Assembly: GCF_963676685.1 (NCBI RefSeq)
Contig: NC_092350.1
Span: 59,768,001 to 59,832,000 of the forward strand
Direction of reading: 5' to 3'
Origin: Mytilus edulis
Taxonomy: Eukaryota
DNA: 64,000 nt
The notes below the pieces were generated by a model that made no database searches, was not told the origin of the DNA, and saw nothing but the letters and a program-made list of their open reading frames with translations. Both the position numbers and the translations under genes were made by a program. Positions 24,294 to 37,900 of the stretch are shown piece by piece. Position 1 is the stretch's first letter. The number at the start of each line of letters is the position of its first letter.

Positions 24294-25104
24294 AAAAAAA
24301 ACAACAGTGAACAAATTATTTAATTCATTTTATCTAGTTAAGAAAGGGAGCATTAAATGACTTCCAAAATGAGCTGTATTTAGAAGGAAAATGGCATATT
24401 AATCAACCTTATACAGAGAGACTGGGAACAAAACCGCTTTCCTAGGTGTTGTTTTTATCTTTACATATTTTATAGGTTGTCAACGAGGGTATCACCAAAT
24501 CCGTAGCAATTGCATGAAAGTACGAAATCTTATTTTACTATATTTTTCATTTACTATTTATTGATGAATAGCTCTCAGCTTTGGTGAAGCTATTCTGTCG
24601 TTGAGGGTTTAATAGGGCATATTGTAATTGCTTTCCGCTATGCTAAATCTTTTAATGGCAATAACCGAACCGTGTTGGTACGAGCAGGGTTATATATGCT
24701 TTGATCTATGCGTGTCAGTATTGCTCAGATGTTATCTTAAATGTATTAACTTTTTAAAGAAGTTTACAAATGTTTTGCAACGGTGCAAATACTAAACTTT
24801 GGAGTAAAAATAAATATCTCTATCAATGAATTAAACAAACCAATATCCATTTGATTTAACAGATATAACGAGAATATGTAGTTAACCTGAATGTGAATAA
24901 CAAAATAGGGAAATATAAAGTTAAGGGTTTTAAGCAAGGGAAATAACAATAATTTTTTGCATAATAATCCTGCGCCACATCACAAAATTTTGCTGGTGCG
25001 TTGTTGTTCTCCTATCTTTTCGGGGTAAGGTAAAAAATGTATACACGGGTTCACACATACACATATGTGTATTATATTTAAAGCATAAAAGCAAAACTTT
25101 GATT

Positions 25105-25452
25105 AAACAAATTGAAAAATCCTCAACACAAAAAAAAACATTTTCATTTTTGAGAAAAAAAATTAAAGATGAAAATTCAACATTTTTCATTTTTCAATAT
25201 TTCAAAGCAAATTGAAAAATGCTCCACATTGGAACATTTTTCAATTTTTAAAGGCAAATTGAAAAATGCTCCACGTTGGAGCATTTTTCATTTTTTTGAT
25301 TTTTGAAGGCAAATTGAAAAATGCTCCACGTTGGAGCATTTTTCATTTTTCAATTTTTAAAGGCAAATTGAAAAATGCTCCACGTTTTAGCATTTTCCAT
25401 TTTTCAATATTTTATGGCAAATTGAAAAATGCTTAAGGTTAGCAATTTCAAT
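25105..25452. repeat. Tandem array (~50-59 bp units) of a 31-bp hairpin palindrome
   Basis: aaggcaaatTGAAAAATGCTCCA-cgt-TGGAGCATTTTTCA, five good copies at ~25205-25450 plus degenerate copies upstream. Confidence 0.9.
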
Positions 25453-26101
25453 ATTTTGTCCTTTAGAAGGAGATAGAAATTTGTTTCTTTTCTAAAACAA
25501 TCAAATTCAAATGTTTTAATTAATTCAAACTGTTGATAAGATGAAATCTTTTTAAGACAAACTTATCATTACTTTTAATATGATCCTCGTGAAATTAAAT
25601 AATGTAATGTCATGAAAATTACAAATTTCAATTCTCATAACGAAAATGATTTTTCAGAAGTGACTTCAACAGATGTTTGTTACATTTATCAAACCAATTA
25701 ATTTTAAAATTTGTAGGGTATTTTCAAAATCTATTTGTTCAGCTTAAAATGAAAAATGTTTGGCGTAAATATACACGGTCTTAGCTTGATATACTCTGTT
25801 TAGCTTATTAAAAAAAAATCAACAAATAATACTGTAAAAACCAAATTGCAAATACATTAAAAAAATGACAACTAAAATAAAAGACACAAACATAAAACCT
25901 CAAAACGATGTCACTGACGACGCAGGCAGATATATATGATAATTTTATGTTAACATGTTAACATGTAATTTGCAATTTTAATATTTGTTTATTTTTGATG
26001 TAATATTCAAAATTTGCAAAGAAGAGACCCGGGATTAATTGATACAATATAGTCACTGTAAAATGTATTAAAAAAGCTGATACTTATACATTTTTTCCCA
26101 G

Positions 26102-26325
26102 TAAATGGAGACTGGATTGGAGGTTATAATTTCCTTTATGATAACGACATGGAATGGGTACGTCAACACAACAAATTAATGCCATTTAATGCTATGGAAA
26201 CTGGAGAACCTAATGCTCTAATGACTAAGCTATGCATAGTGATGTGGAAAGACTTTGCCTTTCGATGGGGTGATTATCGTTGTCATTTTCCGCTTTCATA
26301 TATATGTGAACTCATGCATCGTTAA
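26102..26325 (+). CDS. C-type lectin domain, terminal exon (copy A; upstream exons not found in window)
   Basis: Acceptor ttttttcccag; NGDWIGGYNFLYDNDMEWVRQHNKLMPFNAMETGEPNALMTKLCIVMWKDFAFRWGDYRCHFPLSYICELMHR*; WIGG, EPN, WxD..C, ICE motifs; same phase as paralogous last exons. Confidence 0.9.
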
Positions 26326-26540
26326 ACTGGACCATATTCCCAATCAGTTATTGAACGTAAGTTATGATGATGATCTCTATATGTCTCGAAAACATTCAGG
26401 CTGAAAAATATTATACAGTACGTCATTGTCATGTAGACAAATGTTGTTTTTCAATATATACGATTTCGTAATTTGTGAATTCCTGGTTGAATCGACTTAA
26501 GAATTATAGAATAACTAATTGAAGAATTAAAATAGAGAAA

Positions 26541-26634
26541 AATATTCAACGAGTGACCGAACAACACATTAATTCACAAATGCGCGTAGCGCATAAGTTA
26601 ATTATCAGTATTGTTCGGTTACGAGTTGAACATT
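26541..26634. mobile_element. Hairpin end of a non-autonomous element (possibly Crypton-like)
   Basis: aatattcaacgagtgaccgaacaacac ... gtattgttcggttacgagttgaacatt (22/27 complementary) around atgcgcgtagcgcat. Confidence 0.4.
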
Positions 26635-27405
26635 TTTCGATATTTGAATGCAAATGTCTTTTTTTTTAAAAGAAATGAATGTAAAAAATGTAAGGAACTG
26701 TTTTCTACGCCTTCACACATTTGTTTTGATCCACCGTTATCGACGTCTTGCCAACGCCTATTATTGTATGTCGCCAGAGAGTTAAATAACCACGTTTATC
26801 TCACATGTGAAATTACCGGTTTTTAACTTGGAAATCAATGTAATTCATTGTGACTAATGTTATTCATTGCAACCAAAAATTGATATGATAAAAACTTGAA
26901 TCAAATGAAATATAACCTTTAACAATGATCAACATTTGAACAGATCAACGAATAAAAGTGTTTTTTTTTTTCTTTACAATATCATTTACATCATTACGTT
27001 TAAATTGATAACATAAGGAACATCAACATTGAACAGGTGGTAACTGAGATTCCAGCACTGTAATCAGATACATATCGATATACACTTTGAGTTTTGTTCA
27101 TAAAATTTAGGCAATATCTCCTTTATTTATCGGTCACAATGTATCGAAATATGAATGTTCAAGGTATTGCTGATCTTGATTAAGACTAATTACAATATCT
27201 AAAACATGATTTCGATACATATCACACTCAAGTCAATGATTTGTGTTTAAAGTCTGTTTAACAGAGAACGTTATAATTATGCTTTGGATATATAGAATCG
27301 AGGTAAAAGTAACCGATAAACCAAGTTGAAACTTTCATTGTTATTTTGGTTTTTTTTTTTATTAATGGTCAATTTAGTATCAAAGGTACCAGGATTATAA
27401 TGTAG

Positions 27406-27451
27406 TACGCCAGACACGCGTTTCGTCTACATAAGACTCACCAGTGACGCT
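27406..27451 (-). ncRNA. Type I minimal hammerhead ribozyme motif with an A6G core variant, inside a retrozyme/Penelope-type repeat fragment (~27378-27508)
   Basis: Minus strand AGCGUCA CUGGUGA GUC-UUAUGUA-GAC GAAA C-GCGU-GUC^UGGCGUA: stem I GCGUCA/UGGCGU, 3-bp stem II, minimal stem III, GUC cleavage triplet. Confidence 0.8.
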
Positions 27452-27987
27452 AATATCAAAATATTTATAAAGCCAAACAAGTACCAAGTTGAAGAGCATT
27501 GAGGATCGATATCAATACAACCGTAATATCATAATACAAATTTGAAAAGTAATTTGCTTAAGTTCGACTTTTTCCCTTAAGATAGTTCTTGATATTTACT
27601 AGATGCTTGTTTGAACTATCTAGATACGATTGCCAATAAAACATATACTTTTGCAATTCATTTGTTACTGGTGCGATGTTTGTAGCTACTTGTTCCAAAC
27701 ATCAAGATACCAGGAAGGAATTTGATATATTTTTTTAAGCATATAGATAAAAATGCAAACCAATTATTTACCAATTTAAAGTATCTATACGCTGTGAACA
27801 AAAACACAACATCTCTAATGTTATCAATTTCCAACATTGTAACAACGCGCAGATATAATAATGCTCTTGCACGAGAAAATACACAACCATCAACCGTACA
27901 CTCGATTTAATTCATGCATGTCGTGTGTAGCAATGAAATTATGGTTTTATTTCATTAACTTTTATTGTGATTTATTACCTTCTTTAA

Positions 27988-29340
27988 TATCACAGTTCCA
28001 CTAGGCCACGATCTTACTACGTTCTTTGAAGAAAATGCAAATTTTGATGATCGTAGTACGATCGTGTAGATCGCAGTAAGGTCGTATCACGGTCGTTGAG
28101 AGGTCTTCAGGATCGTGATGACCGTGGCCAACTTTGAACATGTTCAAAACAATCGTGGTGCAGTCGTGGCGAAATCAGGTCGTTGTAGAAGCGTAGTAAG
28201 CGCGCAAAGGTCAATGTACCATCGTAGAGAGAGCGTAGCGAAAGTGTGATTCTATTCGGAGAGACTGTGTTACGATCTCACAGCGACGTTATTACTACCC
28301 CACTACGACCATCACGTTCTCATCGCGACCCAACTACGCTTCAGCTACGACTATGCAGCGATGTTCACGACTATTGTACGATTCTAGCACAACCTTGCCG
28401 TCCTCATCACGCTCTTCTCACGACCTGACTACGTTCATACGACGACCATCATTCTCATTTTCATATAAAACATATTAATTCTCTACAGGTTTTGTTTGTC
28501 TGTATGTTATAAGAACTTCATGTCAATTTTTTCTGACGGCTCAACCATGCTTCTCGTTCTTATAAAGATTAGACCGTTGTTTTTTTCTCCGTTTGGATGG
28601 TTTTACACTAGTTTTTGTTGGGCCCTTTATAGATTGCTGTTCGGTGTTAGCCAAGGCTCCGTGTTGAAGAACGTACCTTGGCCAATAATGGTTTACTTTT
28701 ATAAATTGTAACTTGGATGGGGAGTTGTCTCATTGGCACTCATATCACATCTTCCTATATATATTGACACACCTGTGTCATCTCTGCTATCGTTTACTCA
28801 AATATCTTCATTTCAGCTTTATGGACCAGCAATAGGTTGTAATTTTGGTTGGATTGCTCGGACCGACATCTCTGTTTGATCAGGATTTGTTACTATCAGA
28901 GCTCCATATCACTCACTACCACCACGCCCACGTGTTCTAATAGATTTTGGTGGCATCACTGTATTGTTTCCGAGAAATCTACGTATTAATCAAATATAGA
29001 AGAAATGCAACTGTATTGATATGGAACACGATGTTGACGTTATTGCTGAGAACGTAGTAAGATCGCAGTATGAACGGATTACTCGTGGAATGATCGTAGT
29101 GAGAACGTGATGAGCGTTAAAAGCTCTGGATAAGCGTAGTGAGGTCGCAGAATAAACGCGGTGAGAACGTGGTATAATCGTAGCGGGATCGTTGTAGAAG
29201 CGTAATGAGGACGTAGTAGCAACGTGAAAGCAACGAGAATTGCAATTTTCATGCCGCTCATACCGCGACCTCACCACGATCTGAATTTATTTTAGACTGC
29301 GGGGAGCGTGGTGCGATTGTAGTCTAGTTGGACTGGGGCT
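27988..29340 (-). mobile_element. PIF/Harbinger-like non-autonomous element with nested SINE-like insertion (28561-28765)
   Basis: TIRs tatcacagttccactaggccacgatc / gattgtagtctagttggactggggct; TAA/TTA flanks; arrays of cgtagt/atcgtg subterminal motifs; minus-strand MPPKSIRTRGRGG ORF start at ~28957. Confidence 0.75.
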
Positions 29341-29674
29341 TTATCTTTTTCTATTTGTTAAAACCTTTGTATAATACATGTAATTATTTACAATGACTGA
29401 AGTGATTCTTAATACATTTGTAATATGATATTTGTCTTACGATTATCGTACAGTGTATATCTTTTTGTTGATCTCTTTGTGAAAAAAGTATTTTCGTTTT
29501 CCATATTGTTAAATTACTTAATAAAACTGACAATAATGGATACATCGTATGGATAAATCATACAATTATTATGTAGATCTGTATTATTAATTGATAATAC
29601 ACATATTCGAAGAACGAAATATTGAATTGAGGCATTCAGTCTACTGGATTCTTTCAAACGAGCAAGATAATGAT

Positions 29675-29810
29675 CAGTGGCGGATCTGGAGAAGGTTGGC
29701 GGAAGGCGAGGGGTCTAGTGTTTGGACTCCCTTTTTAAAACGATCAATGCATTTGAATTGGCACATATGAACGAACCCCCCTCTTTTTTTTAAATGGCGG
29801 GATTTGGATT
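29675..29810 (+). mobile_element. Decayed CAGTGGCGGATC MITE
   Basis: Shares terminus and acgatca.tg..tttgaattgg block with 13042-13159. Confidence 0.55.
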
Positions 29811-31229
29811 CGACGATATAGAAGTTCTGTAATATTTAAACATTATGCAAAAGTGATACAGAAAATTTGACGAAGCTTATATTTGTTCGACGGGAAAGTT
29901 ACCCTTATCAAAGGAAGAGGCATACCGGGTAGTGCAGACTGTGGAGTTCCTACGATTTCTTCTGTTTTATTAATTCATTTGGATGATTATCAATTTACTA
30001 TTCTAAAGATTGATCCTGTTTGCTTACAGCATTTTGTAATCCTTAAACATCACTTGTCCTATATTATTGTTACCTTATAACAAATACAAAAATAAGAAAA
30101 CAAGTTATGATTGAAAATGAAAACAGAAATCATAGGATGTTGGAAGAGGAGGATCATACCAACTATTAAAGTAAAATCTAGGCAAATATCATTGATCAAA
30201 AAGAATACAGTATAGTAAGTTATACGATGCCCTTTCACGAAATAATTGATGGGTTCACTTGATATCAAAGTATATTTGAAAATGAACTATGCTTTTTCTA
30301 CCATTGTATCAGCTTTGTCGTTGTGGAAATCTTTACACGTATATGAAGCGTCAAAGATATTACAACAAAACACAATGTTGTAAAATGTTCAAAGACAATG
30401 TGTGTATGCTTCAAAAGTTTTATCGAATAAGTACCAGTGTTATTGTTTTGTTTAAAGATAAAAAGAGTTTGCAATAAAACACATAGGTGTAAACACATTT
30501 TTTTGATATAGTTGCCTAATATGTAGAATAATTATTAGTGTATCCATTATACTTGTACGAGGCTTATGAACAGATACAAAGCGAATTTTGCAAACATTTC
30601 TATTAGTGTAATGCCGAATTCAAAAACAAATTATTTTTCGAGACATGTTTTTTTTTTATATGCTACAATTTCTACAATTGTTAAAAATGAAAATACAATT
30701 ATAATGGTAATACCACAATTCACCCTTATCTAAATAAACCGACGTAAACAATACGAAATATGTACTTGTCATAACGTCATAAATAAAACTCTACGAGAAC
30801 GTATCGGCAACTTCATAAACAAAGCGTTAAACGGCTAATACAATTTGAGTACTCAAATACACAGTTGGTACATGTATAGTGTATGATAAAGATCATTGGT
30901 GAATTGGTCATCTCTTTTCTAGTGTAGATCGTTTCTTAAACATTAATTGATTAAACATGCAGTCTGGTCATTGACAAATAAAACTATTTTAAAACTATAA
31001 TAGTTTTATTCATGAAATTTTGGGAAAATGATTAAAATAAAAAAAAGATTGCCTACAAAAAGAGAGAGGAAACAAATACATACACCAATATTCCCCAAAT
31101 AGTCATATTCTAAATGTTTCACAAATAAAATGAAATTAAATAAGAAAGTTGAAGTTGTTTTGTTTTACATTTTTCTTGTAGTATTCTTTTCCCGGGAATT
31201 AGAAATTAGAAATACATTTAGTGGCAGTA

Positions 31230-31921
31230 AGCTAGTCAAAAAGACCACTATAGATAGATTTAAGTCTGTCTCATATCTTGACTTACATCTAGGAAAGCAC
31301 AAATAGGGTCGGTTGAAAACAAAACTGTATACTAGAAGAGATGATTTCACTGCCCATTGGTGATCTTTCAATTTCTATGAAGCGACATTCCAGCAGCGGT
31401 TGCATACTGATTATGCATCTCACAATGGATACGATATTATTCCCAGTCCTGCATTTTCTATCATATAAGGGATTTCCTTGATATTAGGTTGCTGCTTACA
31501 AGGAAGTTATTAAACTAAGAGTTCCAAACGATGAAGTTGAAATCCTCCCTTCGTAATTTGTATTGACACCATCACGAATAGGTTGACCGTTACAGAATAT
31601 TCATTTCACAGATGATATCGCATATGTTCCTTATGTCGAAACATCCTGTTCACTTTTTAAGAAATAGACTACTTACAAGGTTTGAAATAACACTAGCATC
31701 ATGACGGGTGCAAAACATAGTGCAGGATCTGCATACTTTTCAAGAGCATATGAAATCACCCCAGTTTTGTAGGGGGTCTTAATGCTTAGTCTACAGGTTG
31801 TGTTATGTTATGTCTTGTTTACTATTATTTGTCTATTGTTTTTTCTTCTTTTAGAGTGGGGTTGTCAGTTAAGTTTAGATATATGATCTTGAGTGTCTCT
31901 CTGGTATATTTCACTCGTCTT
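31230..31921 (+). mobile_element. Decayed Penelope-like retroelement 3' part (RT C-terminus/thumb plus tail)
   Basis: KSVSYLDLHLGKHK*GRLKTKLYTRRDDF ... SDIPAAVAY*LCISQWIRY ... DFLDIRLLLTRKLLN*EFQTMKLKSSLRNLY*HHHE*VDRY; multiple stops and frameshifts; no C-terminal GIY-YIG follows. Confidence 0.8.
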
Positions 31922-34900
31922 GTAGAGGTGTACAGAATTTTACACCGGTGTTGAATTTTGGCTACGCCTCATTATGTGTGTATTTTTAATAGGTCTGCAC
32001 ATTTTATACACTATTTCTCTAGATTACACCAAAAACCAAATATTTCTATCAACACACATAGAAAACGCACATGAAGCGAAACACCCATTTACCCGATTTA
32101 CACACTATGTGTACGTACACGGTACGTCTTCGTCTGAGCTCACAATGCATACCGATGGTTTATCTCTCTGAAAACTCACTGTATGAAACATATCGGTACA
32201 CTTAATATTCGATTTATTTCACTTTGACTGGTTCGCTCATAATAAACTAGTCCATCTATAGATAGGTGTTTTAGGATAAACTCATCAAAGTAGTGTCCAA
32301 TCATTGTTTTGTAAACTCCTTTGATGACACTGATAGGTGATTAGAAATTAGTAATAATTATAATGGCAATTATCCTTATCACATACATCTTCAATAGACT
32401 GTCCTTATGTAAATTAAAACGTAAGCTCCGCCCGATCAGTTGAAATAACATTGATTATACCTAAAATTGTTTTTGAATGAAAATGAAAAATGAGTTTTTA
32501 TGAAATATTCGTAATAATACAGCACTGTAAATTGAAAAATAGTTTGATTGAATATATTCATTGTTTTTTTTCTTTTTCTCTCAATAACATGCACTGAAAT
32601 ATTAAAAATGATAAGACAAACATGCCAAAGGAGTTTTGTTTTGTTTTTTCACAAACAAAAAACCCAACAAGGACACACTAAAAAAAATAAAGGCTGCTAT
32701 CGAAAAAATCAAGGAGATATACATGATATATAATTGAGTACACTCTTCAAAATTTTCTTTCCCATGCGAAAACCAACAATTGTGTAAGGTGTCTGTATAT
32801 CCAAGTAAGCACAAATTTCATTTACAAATATGCGTTGTACATTAAAGTTTTTAATGTGCCAGCTATCGACAGATACACATATATGTTCAATCTTAATTAC
32901 AACGAACAGTACATAATTGTTATAAGTAATGCTTTATTAGTGATCGACGGTATATGGTCCCTGAATTCTTGTGGTGTGCACTGCAAATTTCGGAATACAA
33001 TACAACTATTGTATGAGTACTATTGCTGGTTGAATTTCTCATTGCATGTTGTATATATGAAGTTTTTGAGATTTTGGTTTTACTATTTGATCAGAACTTA
33101 GGTTTGGCACTATAAAACAAGGTTCAATCCACCATTTTCTACATAAGAAAACTGCAGTACCAAGTCAGCAATATGACAGTGTTGATCCGTTTGCTTGAGA
33201 TGTTTGAGCTTTTGATTTTGCTACTCGATTCGGGACTTTATATTTTGAATATTCCTTGAAGTTCAGTATGTTTGTGATTTTACTTTTTGCAATTGTAAGT
33301 TTATAAACATGGTTTTAATCTCTAGCTTGGAATCAAGCATTGTAAGGGTATATTTAACATGTTTAGACCAAAATATTTTAGTATTTGTAATATCTCTTTA
33401 CTCAAATAACTTATTTACCTTGTCATAATTGTATGTTGCAAGCATCATGACTAAGGACAAACTACTCTGGATATCAGATGGTCGAAATAAAGGTAGTCTG
33501 AAAGTCTTGTCAGTTCAATTTTTTGAATTGAAATATCTAAGTGGCTTTTACATATTGTATTAACATTGCATCTTTTAGTCATCTTGAACACTTACATCAG
33601 ATTAGATAGAATTATAAAATTTATCTCGGGTTGTGGATTTTTTTTCTTTCGTATTGTATTGCTCTTCATAAATTCAGGACGCGACTTTCGTAGACTACTT
33701 GTTAATGTATGGACTTCATTTATCGTTCGTACTGTGGTCCCTGGTGCTTATGTATAGTTTTCGTAGTAACACTAAATATATTTGTTTTAATCAACTTAAT
33801 AACTTGAATGTTGATTAGTACATCGTAATAATAAAATGAATGATACAATGATTTAACAAACAAACATTAACTGACATGTTCAGCATCGGCAAACACAATA
33901 TACGGTTAAATTACAAGAGAATGTTTTAAATGTTTACAATTTGTTTGTAATAAAAAGGCTTTCAAACGTTTTAAACAGAAAGACAATACAACCTAAAACT
34001 ACATGACGTTTTAGCAGTCGCCCTATTTATTCGTTTTATATAAAATGGTAAACGGTAAAAATATATATAATGCATTAATTACTATTTCAACAATTGAAGT
34101 TTTATATTTTAAGTTAATCGATAACAAAAGTTTTAAATCTTGTTATATATTTCGGTTCTTAAATTCACATATGGCATTTTATAAGTATGACAACATCTGC
34201 CGCAATACAGTAACTAATTCCTCACCAACACACCATCGACAATTTTGCTCTGATGTATGTAAAGATGTTGGTGTTTGTTTATAATATACTTCAAAACATA
34301 CTGCATGCACAGTTTTGTATATAGTAGATTAAGAAACCGCAAACAAGAAGACGCATATGTTTTCCTAAAGGAGCTAAGGCTGTGAGTAATGTGTGATGAC
34401 GTTTATACAGATGTGATTGACACAAACTGTATAGGTATTTAAATGTCCATGCTTCATAAATCTTTCAAAACTCAAATAATGAAAGAAACATGTTCTACGT
34501 CCATGACAAACGTGTCGCTGTACCAGCAGATCAACCTCAAACAACATAGAGTTTTTTGTTTGAATCAGATGACATTATCTTTTAAATACATGAATTAGCT
34601 ATTGTAAATATATATGAAAACTAAATAACTAAAAAAACTAAAATAGTAATACAATAATTGAAGCATCTTCCTTCGCTGTATACAAGAAAAAATCACAAAA
34701 ACAAGGCAAAATCATACGCTGAAACGCACCAAATGAATAACAACCGCCATATTCCTGACTTGGTACAGTCATATTACTATGTATAAAATGGTAGACTGAA
34801 ACTGGTTTTATAGCTATCTAGTCCTCTCATTTGTATGACAGTAGCATCAAATTCCATAATATTGATAGCGATGATTGATATCATCCCTAAAATATAGTGT

Positions 34901-37900
34901 TTTTAGAAACAACGCTATATCGCAAATACTAGAAAAATCCTCGCTATATAACATCATTTTTACCCATTTGAAGTATCTTTGGAGAGAATGGTTGTTTTTA
35001 ATGACAGATATAAAAAAACGATTCTGATTATTTATTCAGACTTTTGATTATAGGGCAATGTCTTGATATATATTCAATTCAAAACAACTTAACAACAAGT
35101 CTATACTCTATTTGATTTTCATCTACTCTGTAAATAATCATACGTGTTGATGTTGAAGAGTTTCTTTTTGTATCTGTTCATTTCGACCAATTACATTAAT
35201 TACAAACTAAATACTATTCCAAGTGATTAGCACACACAAAACTGTACTTCCTATTGTCTATTTAACAGCATTTGTGGGATAGATATCTTTAAACATATCA
35301 GTTTTTCATTAAATTGTTTATAATCATTTGGAGCTACATTTCGATCTTATCTTCATGGAAACTTAAACTTAGGTGGGTGTAATATGTTTCATGCGTAATG
35401 CATAACTTCTTGCGCGTAGATTTGCTTTCATCAATTTGTCAAGGAGTAATAGATGCAACATTTGAAATAGAACTCAATCGCAAAATTTAAGAAAATGTAA
35501 ATACAAGAGATGTTTATTAACACACTTTGGTTGGATGTGCATGGCTCTGTTTTTACGACAAGAAATGCCGCGTAGCAAGTTTTCACATGGATACATCAAC
35601 ATGTCGACTTGATTTTACCGATCAATGTTGTGTTGCTATCCTTATAACATTTATAACAGTTATTATCGGGATAGTACTCCTTTGACTATTACACACAAAA
35701 AGAATACAAAGACAGTCTTAAGGAGGTATTGTAAGAGGAGAATGAATTTTGTCGTGTGTCTTGGAAGCCAACTTGTGGAGAAAATAAATTTAAAACGGTC
35801 AAATTCGATAAAATTTTGTGATTTTAAAGATCATTAACCCATTTCTCTGACGTCAGTGTATTGTTCTAACCCCCTTAAATACAATTAGACGTCGTTTCAG
35901 TTTATTTTTCAGATCAAATAACTTGCGTAAGCTGTTTTAGCTATGAAGAATCGCTTTATAAAGTTATCGATGACCCTAAAAACTGGACAAATGCAGTGGT
36001 ATGTGTAAACTTACATTTAATTTAATACTAATCGTTGAGCTAATTCCACTACAAAACAAATCAAAATGCTGTCTGACAAACAGTTGGACCAGTGAGTACG
36101 GGATTCTGAAAGTCGTTTGAAACGAGTTAGTTGTGACAATAATGTTAATACAATTCCGGAACCCATAGATGCATATATTACAAACTTAGTCTTTGTGCAC
36201 AATTTTGTAATTGTAACGTATCTTTTTTGTTTAATCGTCAACAAAAGTGTTTCACTCGGTCTGTGTTGTTATGAAATATGATCGTGTTTTGAAACCGAAA
36301 TTAAGCGATTGTCACCTTTCAATCAACTAAAAAAGCCTGGATAATTAGGTAATCACGTGAACAATTAGATATAGTTTATCTTGATGCAGTGCGATGTTTA
36401 CGTTTGGTTTTCCACTTCGCACTTGCGTATCGCAAATATTGGGCTTGTTCACGAGAAATATGTCGTGCTTGGGTAACGGCAAACAGACAACATGGAAACA
36501 AAAGTACATGTACATATGTGTTATAACAGAAACTAGCCATTTAGTTGAAAAAATCATATGCTTATTTTGTTTTTAATATGAAGTCATATATGACTGTTAT
36601 CTTGTTTATTGAATATGCATGATATATCAATAGTACATGAAGTTAAGTCTTTAAAGTATCCTTCATGTTAATATCATATGAATTGTCAGAATTGTCTTCA
36701 ATACAGGTTAAGTAATTTCTGTAATATACATTTAGTACTGTTCAGATAGTACAGTCAGTATAAAGTAGAAGTTCCGATTTTTAAGATTACAACGTATGAT
36801 CTTCACAGGAAGAATATAAATGTCTTGGTGGATTTCTAACAGAAGTAGAGAGCATTGAGTTTATTAAGAACATAGCTAAAGGCAGATTTTTATTACCTGG
36901 CGGCGGTGAGCGTTTTATATTTTAGATATTTTTATCAGTTCATATTGCACAGTGACAATATAGGAATTTCTTAGTTGATTAGCTATGCGACCGTGTTGCA
37001 CTCTAAGAAAGATACATATGCAGACAGAAAATGATTTAAATCATTCAATTATACAACGTTCATCTGCAAGCCATGAGATAAGTTCAACCCACCATTTGTC
37101 ATTTACCGAGTCAGAAATAGGGCAGTTGTTATCAAATTATTTTGTTTTATAAATGTTGCCATTTGCTTATGCTGAACTTCAGTGTTTCTGTTTTATCCGT
37201 ATATTTTTCCCTGTTATAGTTGATGTTTTTCCTCAGATAAAGTTTGTAGTGATATATTACTGTTACCTTTCCTTATACATTGTCTTTTTAATATAGTGTT
37301 TGAAATGTTAATATACACTTGCTATGTAATTATGAAGAAACATTACACATTGAAGATAGACAGTGATATTTAAGAAATACATCGGCTTTCGTTAACACAA
37401 TCATATCAATTGACTTTAAATACATTGCTCAAATTAAGTCTCGAATTTTGTTTAGCATTATATCAACATGCTGATTATTTATGGATCGATTACCAATGCA
37501 AAAACGCCATATCTTTTATTTGCGAATTCTACAATAATTGAAGCGTGTGAAGCAGTATTGGCATTATGTCATAACGCCTGTCTGCAGATGTTCTCGTGCA
37601 TTAATTTTGATGAATAAAAAAAAGTAGTGCTATGTTAATACTGCTGATTTAAACTGTTGGTGCATCAAAGTACATCCGATGTTTAAAACTATTTCTGCAT
37701 TTGTAACTATTGGCAAATGACATTTAAAACCACAATTTTGCTACAGCTGTTATCCTAAAGCTAACAGGATAACAGTTTGATTTTCTTCCTTGCCATGTAT
37801 GTTCTTTTTAAATTTTCATAAGTATTGTAAAACGGATTGACGCCTGGAACCAATAGGAGTATTCGCGGTTAAAACCTGTATTTAGGTAAAGTTAAGTATT

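Noticed and set aside
25190-25452. CRISPR array (31-bp palindromic repeats)
   Set aside because: Linkers are near-identical and T-rich rather than unique spacers.
29883-30498. Cluster of 60-70 aa ORFs as a gene
   Set aside because: No consistent frame, splice pattern or motif.
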